Source: a virus | Taxonomy: Duplodnaviria > Caudoviricetes | Length of the DNA: 27,807 nt | Virus record (IMG/VR): IMGVR_UViG_3300017589_000125 | Location: 1-27,807 of that record | Reading direction: 5' to 3' (one strand) | Shown here: piece after piece, positions 15,386 through 25,517 of the stretch | How positions within the stretch are numbered: position 1 is the first letter of the stretch | How the letters are laid out: each line of letters starts with the position of its first letter | The notes under the pieces: generated by a model | The model's database searches: none | What the model saw: the letters and a program-made list of their open reading frames with translations, nothing else | Told to the model about the DNA's origin: nothing | Made by a program: the position numbers and the translations under genes

Positions 15386-16511
15386 TAACCACGCATATCT
15401 ATCAGCCTCAGGCGCCCACAGGTGGCTTAATTGTTTACCATCAGCGCAACTAGAACGTGGGTTTGAGAACAAGGAAAGTCCTGCTGCTGCCGAGGGAACT
15501 GCTGCTCATGCTTTATGCGAGCATAAGCTACGAAAGGCACTAAAGATTAGAAGCAAGCGCCCTGTTTCCGAGTTTGACTGTGATGAGATGCAACACCACA
15601 GTGACAGCTATGTCGAGTTTGTAATGGAACAGTTAGAACTGGCAAAGCAAAGTTGCAAAGACCCACTTGTCTTAATTGAACAAAGGCTTGACTTTTCTAG
15701 GTATGTTCCAAATGGGTTTGGCACTGGAGACTGCATCATAGTCGCAGATGATAAGCTGCATATTATTGACTTGAAATACGGACAAGGCATATTAGTAAAC
15801 TCAGTTGAAAATCCACAAATGAAATTGTATGCCCTTGGTGCATTGGAACTCTACGATAGCCTTTATGATATTAAAGAGGTATGTATGACAATCTTTCAGC
15901 CACGCAGAAGTAATGTCAGCACTTGGACTATTCCTGTGGACGAGCTGACAAGTTGGGCAGAAAGCGAGCTTAAACCAAAGGCACAAATGGCTATAAAGGG
16001 TGAGGGCGAATACCATTCAGGTGAGTGGTGTCATTTTTGCAGGGCTAGGAATAAGTGCCGGGCAATAGCAGAAGAAAACTTAAAACTAGCACAGTTTGAG
16101 TTTAAACTCCCACCTCTACTCACGGATTTGGAAATTGAGGAAATTCTAGAAAAGCTATCAAGCCTCACTAAATGGGCAGATGGAATTATGGCTTATGCCA
16201 TGGACAGTGCAATAAACCACGGCAAGCAGTGGAAAGGCTTTAAAGTAGTTGAGGGTCGCTCGGTTCGTAAATACAAAGACGAAGATATTGTGGCTAAAAC
16301 CGTACAGGCAAATGGATATAAAGATATTTTCCGTCATAGCCTTATCCCTTTAACTGAAATGCAAAAACTTCTGGGCAAGAAGAAGTTTGAGGAAATCCTT
16401 AGTGACCACATATGTAAATCTGCAGGCAAACCAACTCTAGTTCCTATCACAGATAAAAGAACAGCAATTATCACATCAGACGCTAATAACGAATTTAATA
16501 AAATCAAATAA
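15378..16511 (+). CDS. DUF2800 Cas4-like PD-(D/E)XK nuclease
   Basis: LSASGAHRWLNC, GTAAH, GTGD, IIDLKYG, QMKLYALG, CHFC..C (four Cys). Confidence 0.9.
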   Translation: MSSNHAYLSASGAHRWLNCLPSAQLERGFENKESPAAAEGTAAHALCEHKLRKALKIRSKRPVSEFDCDEMQHHSDSYVEFVMEQLELAKQSCKDPLVLIEQRLDFSRYVPNGFGTGDCIIVADDKLHIIDLKYGQGILVNSVENPQMKLYALGALELYDSLYDIKEVCMTIFQPRRSNVSTWTIPVDELTSWAESELKPKAQMAIKGEGEYHSGEWCHFCRARNKCRAIAEENLKLAQFEFKLPPLLTDLEIEEILEKLSSLTKWADGIMAYAMDSAINHGKQWKGFKVVEGRSVRKYKDEDIVAKTVQANGYKDIFRHSLIPLTEMQKLLGKKKFEEILSDHICKSAGKPTLVPITDKRTAIITSDANNEFNKIK

Positions 16512-16523
16512 GGAGAATTTAAT

Positions 16524-17072
16524 ATGACTAATAATACAAGTAAAACAAAGGTAATCACAGGTATAGTAAGACTTTCATATGCGAATGTATGGGAGCCAAA
16601 AAGCATTAATGGTGGCACGGAAAAATACAGCGTGTCAGTACTTATCCCTAAAAACGACATCGAAACTATAAACGCAATTAACGTGGCTATTGACGCTGCA
16701 ATTGAGGAGGGCATTTCTAAGTTTGGAGGTAAAAAACCGAATAAAGCAAGTATCAAAACTCCACTTCGTGACGGTGATGTTGAGCGAGATGATGAGGCAT
16801 ACAAAGACTGCTACTTCGTGAATGCGAACAGTACTACCCCACCTCAAATCGTGGACAAGTCAGTAAAACCTATCCTTGACCGTAACGAATTATATAGCGG
16901 TTGCTATGGCAGAGTTTCTCTAAACTTTTATGCTTTCAACTCTAACGGAAATAAAGGTGTTGCTTGTGGGCTTGGAAATATCCAAAAAGTAAAAGATGGT
17001 GAGCCTTTGGGTGGCAGAACTAACGCAACAGAGGACTTTGCAACTGTTGATGATGACAACTTCCTAGCATAA
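16524..17072 (+). CDS. DUF2815 single-stranded DNA-binding protein
   Basis: VRLSYANVWEP, PLRDGD, GLGNIQK, acidic C-terminal tail. Confidence 0.9.
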   Translation: MTNNTSKTKVITGIVRLSYANVWEPKSINGGTEKYSVSVLIPKNDIETINAINVAIDAAIEEGISKFGGKKPNKASIKTPLRDGDVERDDEAYKDCYFVNANSTTPPQIVDKSVKPILDRNELYSGCYGRVSLNFYAFNSNGNKGVACGLGNIQKVKDGEPLGGRTNATEDFATVDDDNFLA

Positions 17073-17083
17073 CAAATAAATAT

Positions 17084-17124
17084 ACAAATGGTGGCGAAGG
17101 ATTGCATTTCGCCACCCTATTTGT
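17084..17124 (+). terminator. Intergenic stem-loop
   Basis: GGTGGCGAA ... TTCGCCACC with ACAAAT/ATTTGT flanks. Confidence 0.55.
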
Positions 17125-17142
17125 TTAAAAAGGATGGTGTAT

Positions 17143-19083
17143 ATGAAATCTTTAGCAATCGACATAGAAACATATTCTTCAGTAAATCTTCAAAAGTCAG
17201 GGATATATAAATACTGCGAAAGTGATGATTTTGAGATCTTACTTTTTGCATATTCCATAGACAGCGGTGAAGTTAAACTCATTGACCTGGCTTGTGGTGA
17301 GAAAATCCCAAAAGAAATATTAGATGCATTAACAAATACTGCAGTAACTAAAACGGCATTTAATGCACAGTTTGAGCGAGTTTGTTTGTCAAAATATCTA
17401 GGTGTGAAAACAGGAGAATATCTAAGTTCTGCATCTTGGAAATGTACTATGATATGGTCTGCAACAATGGGATTACCTTTATCTCTTGAGGGTGTAGGTG
17501 CAGTTTTAGGACTAGAAAAGCAAAAGATGTCTGAGGGTAAAAGCTTAATTAGATATTTTTGTGTTCCCTGCTTACCCACAAAATCAAACAATGAAAGAAC
17601 ACGAAACCTACCAATAGATGACATTGATAAATGGGCAATTTTCAAATCATACAATATTCGTGATGTGGAAGTTGAACTTGAAATACAACGAAAACTATCA
17701 AACTTTCCTGTGCCAAATAGCGTATGGGAGGAATATCACCACGACCAAGAAATCAACGATAGAGGTATCGGTGTGGATATGGATTTTGTAAAGCAGGCAA
17801 TTTCCATTGACGAATTTTCTCGTGAAAAGCTGATGACTTTAATGCAGAAACTAACTAACCTTGATAACCCTAATTCCGTAAAACAGATGAAACAGTGGCT
17901 TTCAGATAATGGTCTTGAAACAGATACTCTTGGCAAAAAGGCAGTGGCAGAGATGCTTGAAACTGCACCAAAGCCACTGGGAGAAGTGCTTGAACTGCGT
18001 CAACAACTAGCAAAGTCTAGCGTGAAGAAATACACTGCAATGAGAAATGCAGTCTGTAAAGATAGTAGAGCAAGGGGAATGGTTCAGTTTTATGGAGCAA
18101 ACCGAACAGGTCGGTTTAGTGGCAGAATTGTTCAACTTCAAAACCTCCCACAAAACCATATCCCTGATTTAAATCAGGCTCGTGACCTGGCTGGAAGTGG
18201 TAATTTCGAGGCTCTTGAAATGCTGTACAGCTCTGTGCCAGAGGTGTTGTCAGAGCTTATCCGTACGGCTTTTGTGCCACAGTGCAACAGAAAGTTTATC
18301 GTAGCCGACTTTAGTGCAATAGAAGCTCGTGTTATCGCTTGGCTTGCAGGTGAGCAGTGGAGGCTTGATGTCTTTGCAAACGGTGAAGATATTTATTGCA
18401 GCAGTGCAAGTAAAATGTTTGGCGTCCCTGTTGAGAAAAATGGTATCAATGGTCACCTAAGGCAAAAAGGTAAGGTTGCAGAACTGGCCTGTGGTTACGG
18501 CGGATCGGTTGGAGCATTAAAGGCTATGGGAGCCTTGGAAATGGGTATCCCTGAAAGCGAACTACAAGGCTTAATAGATAATTGGCGAAACTCCAATCCA
18601 AATATAACAAAACTATGGTGGGATGTTGACCGTGCAGTGAAAAAATGCGTAAAACAGAGGAAAGCAACACAAACCCATGGCATTAAATTTATATATCAAA
18701 GCGGTATGCTTTTCATCAAATTGCCCTCTGGCAGACATCTTAGCTATGTTAAACCCCGCATGGGAGTGAACAAATTCGGCGGCGAGTCTGTGACTTATGA
18801 GGGTGTTGGCGCTACGAAAAAGTGGGAACGACTAGAAAGCTATGGCCCTAAATTTGTAGAAAACATCGTGCAAGCAATAGCCAGAGATATTTTATGCTAT
18901 GCCTTGCAGACTTTGAGGGATTATCGCATTGTAGCTCATGTGCATGATGAAATTGTAATCGAGGCAGACAACGACCTATCACTATCATCAATCTGTGAAC
19001 TGATGGGACAAACACCACCTTGGGCAAAAGGCTTACTACTTCGCGCTGATGGGTATGAGTGTGAATTTTATAGGAAGGATTAA
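17143..19083 (+). CDS. Phage family A DNA polymerase with 3'-5' exonuclease domain
   Basis: DIET, FNAQFE, motif A DFSAIEAR, motif B RQKGKVAELACGYG, motif C HVHDE. Confidence 0.95.
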   Translation: MKSLAIDIETYSSVNLQKSGIYKYCESDDFEILLFAYSIDSGEVKLIDLACGEKIPKEILDALTNTAVTKTAFNAQFERVCLSKYLGVKTGEYLSSASWKCTMIWSATMGLPLSLEGVGAVLGLEKQKMSEGKSLIRYFCVPCLPTKSNNERTRNLPIDDIDKWAIFKSYNIRDVEVELEIQRKLSNFPVPNSVWEEYHHDQEINDRGIGVDMDFVKQAISIDEFSREKLMTLMQKLTNLDNPNSVKQMKQWLSDNGLETDTLGKKAVAEMLETAPKPLGEVLELRQQLAKSSVKKYTAMRNAVCKDSRARGMVQFYGANRTGRFSGRIVQLQNLPQNHIPDLNQARDLAGSGNFEALEMLYSSVPEVLSELIRTAFVPQCNRKFIVADFSAIEARVIAWLAGEQWRLDVFANGEDIYCSSASKMFGVPVEKNGINGHLRQKGKVAELACGYGGSVGALKAMGALEMGIPESELQGLIDNWRNSNPNITKLWWDVDRAVKKCVKQRKATQTHGIKFIYQSGMLFIKLPSGRHLSYVKPRMGVNKFGGESVTYEGVGATKKWERLESYGPKFVENIVQAIARDILCYALQTLRDYRIVAHVHDEIVIEADNDLSLSSICELMGQTPPWAKGLLLRADGYECEFYRKD

Positions 19084-19097
19084 AAAAGTTTTTAAGG

Positions 19098-19134
19098 GGG
19101 TTAAAATACCCTCTTATTTCTTTGACTGTGACTT
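19098..19134 (+). promoter_or_regulatory. Bipartite motif copy 2 (candidate phage-sigma promoter)
   Basis: Same two boxes and N10 spacing as 14799-14835. Confidence 0.65.
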
Positions 19135-19176
19135 AGGAGATAAATTCTCCAAATAAATTACAGGAGGTAATTCAAA

Positions 19177-19962
19177 ATGAATGAATTACAAATTTTTAAT
19201 AGCGCAGAGTTTGGCTCTGTAAGAACAGTAACAATTGACGACGTTCCCTATTTTGTCGGAAAGGATGTTGCTGATATCCTCGAGTACCAAAACGGTAGTC
19301 GAGATATTAACAGGCACGTTGATGAAGAGGATAAAACAAAAATAATGATATTTGATGGAAATCAGAATAAGGAGTCTATTGTTATCAACGAAAGTGGTCT
19401 TTACGGCCTTATACTCTCAAGCAAGATGCCTAGTGCGAAGATGTTCAAGCGTTGGGTAACAACAGAGGTTATCCCTTCAATTCGCAAGCATGGTGTATAC
19501 GCAATAGATGATCTGTTAAATGACCCTGATATGCTGATTGCTGCTTTAGAGGAACTTAAGTCGGAGCGTGTGAGAAATAAGGCACTTTCCCAGACAGTGG
19601 TGGTTCAAAATCAGCAAATTGTGGAGATGATGCCAAAGGCGTCTTATTACGACGTAGTACTGAACTGCAAAGACCTTGTGGCGATATCTACTATCTCCAA
19701 AGATTATGGTTGGAGTGCAACAAAAATGAACCGATACCTGAATGAAAAAGGCGTGCAATACAAACAAGGCGATATTTGGCTTTTGTATCAAAAACACGCT
19801 GAGCAAGGATACACTAGCACCAAAATGTGTCCATATAACGGCAACGATGGCACTCATCATACAAGACCACACACCTATTGGACTCAAAAAGGCAGGCTCT
19901 TCATTTATGGACTATTGAAAGCGAATGGTGTTTTGCCAATCATGGATAGAAAACAAAAGTGA
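19177..19962 (+). CDS. Phage antirepressor (BRO-N + KilAC/ANT)
   Basis: FVGKDVADILEY, INESGLY, FKRWVTTEVIPSIRKHG, PKASYYD, WTQKGRLFIY. Confidence 0.92.
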   Translation: MNELQIFNSAEFGSVRTVTIDDVPYFVGKDVADILEYQNGSRDINRHVDEEDKTKIMIFDGNQNKESIVINESGLYGLILSSKMPSAKMFKRWVTTEVIPSIRKHGVYAIDDLLNDPDMLIAALEELKSERVRNKALSQTVVVQNQQIVEMMPKASYYDVVLNCKDLVAISTISKDYGWSATKMNRYLNEKGVQYKQGDIWLLYQKHAEQGYTSTKMCPYNGNDGTHHTRPHTYWTQKGRLFIYGLLKANGVLPIMDRKQK

Positions 19963-19990
19963 TGTTATATGAAAAACAGGAGGAATTGAT

Positions 19991-20362
19991 ATGTATAAAA
20001 AATATGATATTGTCTACGTTGATGATTTAGGTACAAACAAAGGAAGTGTGCAAATGTACGCTCGTCCTGCCGTTGTCTTGCAGAACGATAAAGGGAACTT
20101 TTTTTCTCCAACAACGATTGTTGCATTTATCACTGGTAAGGAAAAAAGAAATGACTTGCCCACTCATGTGGTGTTAGCAAATTATAACCTTCCTAAGAAA
20201 AGCACAGTGTTGCTTGAACAAATAGCCACTGTTTCAAAAACAAATATTGCAAGTAGAATAGACGAATTGAGAGAAGAAGATCGGGTCAAAGTCGATGCTG
20301 CGATGCTGATTAGTCTGGGACTCACTAAGAAAGAGGAGGTTTTGTTTAATGAGCATCGATAA
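19991..20362 (+). CDS. PemK/MazF-family endoribonuclease
   Basis: GSVQ...RPAVVLQND.GN.FSPTTIVAFIT, LPTHV, LLEQI. Confidence 0.9.
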   Translation: MYKKYDIVYVDDLGTNKGSVQMYARPAVVLQNDKGNFFSPTTIVAFITGKEKRNDLPTHVVLANYNLPKKSTVLLEQIATVSKTNIASRIDELREEDRVKVDAAMLISLGLTKKEEVLFNEHR

Positions 20363-20783
20363 ATTTAACAGCGAGGGTTATTATGACCCCACCACATATG
20401 AGGCACTGACTAGCATAGACAAAGAAGAAAAGGCAAAGTGCAACACTCTTTTTCTCCCACTTGTGTATATCTGCTCACCATTTGCAGGCGACATTGAAAC
20501 CAACACCAAAAACGCTCGTGCCTTTTGCAAATTTGCAGTGGGGCAACAAGCTATCCCCTTTGCACCGCACCTGCTATTCCCACAATTTATGAACGATAAC
20601 AATTCAATTGAACGTCAGCAGGCAATGCATTTTAATTATGTAATGCTGGGTAAATGTAACGAGCTGTGGGTGTTTGGTAGCACTGTTTCAAAAGGAATGT
20701 ATCGAGAAATAGGACTGGCGAAAAAGCGAAAGATGCCTATCAGATATTTTAACAAGGACTTAACGGAGGTAAAAAAGATATGA
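20349..20783 (+). CDS. DUF4406-like (nucleoside deoxyribosyltransferase-fold) phage protein
   Basis: NSEGYYDPT, VYICSPFAGD, APHLLFPQF, CNELWVFG..SKGM..EI. Confidence 0.8.
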   Translation: MSIDKFNSEGYYDPTTYEALTSIDKEEKAKCNTLFLPLVYICSPFAGDIETNTKNARAFCKFAVGQQAIPFAPHLLFPQFMNDNNSIERQQAMHFNYVMLGKCNELWVFGSTVSKGMYREIGLAKKRKMPIRYFNKDLTEVKKI

Positions 20784-23128
20784 GTTTTCCTATAAAGATA
20801 TCGGTCTGTAATCGCAAAACAGACAGTAAATACAAAAATCAAGAACAAGATTGGCAATATATATTAAACAGAAACCGTACCCCAACACGCACCTCTGAAA
20901 CAGTGGAGGAGTTTCCTAAACTGCCTAAAAGACAACGTGATGACCTTAAGGATAACGGTGGCTTTGTTGGTGGTTGGCTTAAAGGCGGTATTCGTAAAAA
21001 TGGTAATGTCATAAGCAGAACAATTGGTGCTTTAGATGCAGATAGCATAATCAGTGGAGAGGACTTTCTGGGAAAAACTGAAGTGGCACTAAAAGGTATT
21101 AAACATTTCATCTACTCAACCCACAGTCATACAGAAACAGAGCCTAGATTTCGTGTTGTTATTATGTTTTCTCGTGAAGTTAGTGAGGACGAGTATCCCC
21201 CATTAATGCGAATGGTAGCAAAGCAAATAGGGCTTGACTTTTTTGATGACACAACTTATCAAGCCAACCGAATGATGTATTGGTCATCTTGTTCATCAAA
21301 CGCAGACTTTGTTTTCGAGGAAAAAGATGGTGCGCCCCTAAACCCTGATAAGTTTTTAGCTATGTATAACGATTGGAGAGATGCATCAACTTGGCCCGTT
21401 TCCTCAAGACAATCAGAGGTTATTACTCGCAGCTTAAAGGAGCAACAAGACCCACTTAGCAAGAAAGGTGTTGTGGGGATTTTTTGCCGAGCATATACAA
21501 TCGAGGACGCTATTGAAAAGTTTTTATCTGGCATATATGAACCTTCCGTGATAAATGGTAGGTATGATTATGTTCCAGCGGATTCATCTGCAGGTGTGGT
21601 TGTATACGACAGCAAATTCTCATATTCCCATCACGCCACAGACCCTGCTTGTGGTAAGCTTATGAACTCTTTTGACCTAGTGCGTGTTCATAAGTTTGGT
21701 GATGATGATAAAAAATCTTTTAAGGAAATGTGCGAGTTTGCAATAGAGGATGAAAAAGTGAAACTGACTATTGCAGATGAACGTCTTTTACTAGCAAAAG
21801 AAGAATTTACAAATGATGAAAACTGGCAAAAGAAACTGGAATATGAGACTAGGTCTACGGTGTTAAAAAACTCACTGAAAAACCTAACCCTTATTCTTGA
21901 AAACGATATAAAACTAAAAGATATTGTATTTAATCAGCAGCTTGATGGTATGGAAATCAAAGGAAAAGTTCCATGGAATCACCCAAGTAAATTTTGGCGG
22001 GATGCAGATGATGCACAACTTATAAGCTATATCGACAAATATTACGGTGTTTTCTCTGCTAGAAATTTTCAAATTGCAGTAGCGAAGGTTACAGATGACC
22101 GCTCATATCATCCTATTCGTGAATTTTTAAGAGATTTACCTGAATGGGACAACTCACAAAGGCTTGATACTCTGTTAATTGATTATCTTGGGGCAGATGA
22201 CAACATTTATGTGAGAGCAGTTACTAGAAAAACCATCTGCGCCGCTATTAGTAGAGTGCTAAATCCTGGGTGCAAGTTTGATTCTATTCTCGTGTTAAAT
22301 GGCCCACAAGGTGTCGGTAAAAGTACCCTTATATCAAAGCTTGCTGGTGAATGGTTCTCCGATAGCTTGAGTTTAAGTGACACAAAGGATAAAACTGCAG
22401 CAGAGAAATTACAGGGCTATTGGATATTAGAAATTGGTGAGCTTGCAGGACTTCGTAAAACTGAAGTTGAAACTCTAAGGTCATTCATATCAAGACAAAA
22501 TGATATCTATCGTGCATCTTTTGGTAAACGTGCCACCCCTCACTTAAGGCAATGCGTATTTTTTGGAACAACAAACGCTGAGTCTGGATATCTTCGTGAC
22601 ACCACTGGTAATCGTAGGTTCTGGCCTGTGAAAACTCCTGGTAAGGCAACAAAAAGCTCATGGGAGCTTTCTACTTATGAGATCCATCAAATTTGGGCAG
22701 AGGCACTTGTATATGTGAAACAAGGTGAAAAGCTTTATTTGGAGCCGTCAATGGATGTTATGGCAAAAGCTGAACAGCGTGAGGCTATGGAGTCGGACGA
22801 GCGCGAAGGTGTTGTGCGTGATTACCTTGAAACCTTATTACCTAATGACTGGGAATCCTTAGATTTATATGAACGCAGAAACTTTTTGAATGGCGGTGAG
22901 TTTGGTAGTGAAATACGCATGGGTACAAAACGACGTGAATCAATTTCCAATATGGAAATTTGGTGTGAGTGTTTTGGCAAGGAAAGAGCCAATCTTAAGC
23001 GCTCTGACAGCAATGAACTTACAGGTATTCTTACAAGACTTGGTTGGAAACGAGAAAAAAATAAAGTGCGTATTCCCCTATACGGCCCCCAGTTTGTTTT
23101 CGTTCTCAATGGGCGTTCCTATACCTAA
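20780..23128 (+). CDS. Primase-helicase with virulence-associated E (VapE) domain
   Basis: KDNGGFVGG, LDAD, STHSH N-domain; GPQGVGKST, EIGEL, GTTN, TGNRRFWP. Confidence 0.92.
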   Translation: MSFPIKISVCNRKTDSKYKNQEQDWQYILNRNRTPTRTSETVEEFPKLPKRQRDDLKDNGGFVGGWLKGGIRKNGNVISRTIGALDADSIISGEDFLGKTEVALKGIKHFIYSTHSHTETEPRFRVVIMFSREVSEDEYPPLMRMVAKQIGLDFFDDTTYQANRMMYWSSCSSNADFVFEEKDGAPLNPDKFLAMYNDWRDASTWPVSSRQSEVITRSLKEQQDPLSKKGVVGIFCRAYTIEDAIEKFLSGIYEPSVINGRYDYVPADSSAGVVVYDSKFSYSHHATDPACGKLMNSFDLVRVHKFGDDDKKSFKEMCEFAIEDEKVKLTIADERLLLAKEEFTNDENWQKKLEYETRSTVLKNSLKNLTLILENDIKLKDIVFNQQLDGMEIKGKVPWNHPSKFWRDADDAQLISYIDKYYGVFSARNFQIAVAKVTDDRSYHPIREFLRDLPEWDNSQRLDTLLIDYLGADDNIYVRAVTRKTICAAISRVLNPGCKFDSILVLNGPQGVGKSTLISKLAGEWFSDSLSLSDTKDKTAAEKLQGYWILEIGELAGLRKTEVETLRSFISRQNDIYRASFGKRATPHLRQCVFFGTTNAESGYLRDTTGNRRFWPVKTPGKATKSSWELSTYEIHQIWAEALVYVKQGEKLYLEPSMDVMAKAEQREAMESDEREGVVRDYLETLLPNDWESLDLYERRNFLNGGEFGSEIRMGTKRRESISNMEIWCECFGKERANLKRSDSNELTGILTRLGWKREKNKVRIPLYGPQFVFVLNGRSYT

Positions 23129-23133
23129 TTTAA

Positions 23134-23360
23134 GGAACAAAATAAAGTTGGAACAGTTCTCAATAAAAAAAATGTTCCAAACAAATGCTGATGGAACAGA
23201 CCATAGGAACAGAAATAAAGCCTTTGATAATAAGCAAATCAGCGTTTCTGTTCTTATGTTCTTAATATTACTATTAAATATAATAATTATAGATATAGCT
23301 AGTAGTAGCAGGCATAACACGTATATACACGCGTATAGGGTTTCTTGAGTTAAAGGAACA
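23134..23360. repeat. GGAACA/TGTTC iteron-like cluster with AT-rich tract (putative replication origin)
   Basis: GGAACA at 23134, 23150, 23193, 23206, 23355; TGTTCC at 23173; TGTTCT at 23249 and 23257; AT-rich 23262-23300. Confidence 0.55.
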
Positions 23361-23380
23361 AAGGGAAAGGAGTATGTGGA

Positions 23381-23665
23381 GTGCGAGAAAAACAAATAGA
23401 ACAAAAGCTAGTACAAGCCGTTAAAAGCTTGGGAGGTCTTTGCCCAAAGCTTACCTCCCCCGGCTTTGATGGAGTGCCTGACAGATTGGTGCTCCTCCCC
23501 TATGGGAAGCTTGCATTTATCGAACTTAAAGCTAGTGGCAAAAAAATGCGACCACTTCAAGTAAGGCGAAAAAGGCAACTAGAAGCGTTAGGCTTTTTGG
23601 TTTACTGCATAGATAATATAAATCAGATAGGAGGTGTGCTTGATGAAATTAAAAATTCGATGTGA
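23381..23665 (+). CDS. VRR-NUC domain nuclease
   Basis: EKQIE, GVPDRLV, FIELK, RPLQ. Confidence 0.92.
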   Translation: MREKQIEQKLVQAVKSLGGLCPKLTSPGFDGVPDRLVLLPYGKLAFIELKASGKKMRPLQVRRKRQLEALGFLVYCIDNINQIGGVLDEIKNSM

Positions 23666-24152
23666 TTGGTGTGAAAAAGAATTTACAAGGGATTCAGCTT
23701 TTTTGAAAGGTAAGAAGCACCATTTTTGCAGTAGACAGTGCCTTGCGGATTTTAGTAATAAAACGAAAAATCCTGATGGATATGCTTCTCTCAAAGACTT
23801 TACAAATATCTCTGCAACATTTTCAAAAATGAACAAGGAAACCAACAAAACAAGAATGACAGCCGAAGTCAGAGCGAAACTCAGAGCCGCACGAATGAAC
23901 TCAGGCGAGGGGAAAACGTATACAAAACTCTATGGGAGGCATGAACATCGTATTGTTGCGGAGCAGATGCTTGCCAGAGCATTGTTGCCAGGAGAAGTAG
24001 TCCACCATATTGATGGTAACAAGCGTAATAATGACCCAAGGAATATCCGAGTGTTTGAAAGCCAAAGTGACCATGCAAAGTTTCATGCTGAATTTAATTG
24101 GTTCATAACTGAAATTAAGAAATTGGATACTGAAGGAGGTGATGCCAAATGA
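23643..24152 (+). CDS. HNH homing-type endonuclease with N-terminal Zn finger
   Basis: CDWC...FCSRQC; EHRIVAE...VVHHIDGNKRNNDPRNI...H. Confidence 0.88.
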   Translation: MKLKIRCDWCEKEFTRDSAFLKGKKHHFCSRQCLADFSNKTKNPDGYASLKDFTNISATFSKMNKETNKTRMTAEVRAKLRAARMNSGEGKTYTKLYGRHEHRIVAEQMLARALLPGEVVHHIDGNKRNNDPRNIRVFESQSDHAKFHAEFNWFITEIKKLDTEGGDAK

Positions 24153-25517
24153 AGTTCACACCACATGATTATCAGCAATATGCAATAGATTTCATAGAAA
24201 ATAAGTCTACAGCTGCTATTTTTCTTGATATGGGCCTCGGTTGACAAAACCGTTATAACCCTCACAGCCATTATGGAACTGATGTATGAGAGATTTGAAA
24301 TCGGTAAGGTATTAGTGATTGGACCACTTAGAGTGGCAAGAGATACATGGCCTGCTGAAATTGAAAAATGGGATCACTTAAAAGGACTTACTTATTCTGT
24401 AGCAATCGGTACAGAGCAAGAACGCAAATCGGCACTCTTGCAAAAAGCCGACATCTACATCATCAATCGTGAGAATGTTGATTGGCTAATAAATAAAAGT
24501 AATATGCCTTTTGACTTCGATATGGTTGTAATTGATGAGCTATCGTCTTTTAAGTCGGCAAGTGCTAAAAGGTTTAAAAGTTTACTTAAAGTTAGATCTA
24601 AAGTGAAACGCATCGTCGGACTTACGGGAACACCATCATCAAATGGCTTGATGGATTTATGGGCAGAGTTCAGATTACTAGATATGGGTAAAAGGCTAGG
24701 CAGATTTATAACCCACTACCGTAGTAACTTCTTTGACCCTGATAAACGTAACAACCAAATGGTATTTTCCTACAAGCCAAAAGCTGGCGCTGAAGATGAA
24801 ATCTATTGCCTTATCTCCGACATCACAATCAGTATGAAAAGCACAGACTATCTGCAAATGCCAGAGTATGTTGTGAACGAGGTTATTGTAAGCCTTTGTG
24901 AAAAAGAGAAAAAAGCATACAACACATTAAAACAAGATTTGGTTTTATCGGTACAGGATTGTGAAATTGATGCCGTTAATGCAGCTGCTCTCTCAAACAA
25001 GCTTTGTCAAATGGCGAATGGTGCAGTGTATGGTGAGGATAAAAAAATATTTGCAATCCACAATAAAAAGCTTGATGCACTTGAGGACTTAATCGAATCA
25101 GCAAATGGCAAACCTGTTCTTGTTGCATATTGGTTCAAACACGATTTAGAGCGTATCAATAAAAGGCTGAAAGTTCGTGAAATCAAGTCATCACAAGATA
25201 TATCCGATTGGAACAGTGGCAATATCCCTGTCGGAATTATCCACCCTGCAAGTGCAGGACATGGGCTTAACCTTCAAAATGGTGGCTCAACTCTCATATG
25301 GTTTGGACTAACTTGGAGCTTGGAACTTTATCAACAAACAAATGCCCGTCTTTGGCGACAAGGTCAATCCTCAGACACCGTTGTTATTCACCACATCATA
25401 ACCAAAGGCACGATTGATGAGAACATTATGACGGCGCTTAGCACAAAAGAAAAAACACAATCGGCACTAATTGACGCAGTAAAAGCTACACTTAATTTGG
25501 AGGGGAAAAGCATATGA
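24149..25517 (+). pseudogene. SNF2-family helicase interrupted by a stop and +1 frameshift in Walker A
   Basis: ATG 24149 (RBS GGAGGTG) gives MKFTPHDYQ...LDMGLG, then TGA-C; KTVITLTA continues in another frame; DELS, LTGTP, GHGLNLQ and ARLWRQGQ are intact. Confidence 0.8.

Noticed and set aside
15378-16511. Cas4-like protein as a sign of CRISPR-Cas
   Set aside because: No array or other cas genes; a standard phage replication-module nuclease
22890-23404. 152-aa (+) and 108-aa (-) ORFs over the origin-like region
   Set aside because: They overlap real genes and repeats, have low complexity and lack an RBS
24225-24245. TTG start of the 430-aa SNF2 ORF
   Set aside because: No RBS, and it omits half of Walker A; the true start is ATG 24149 in another frame
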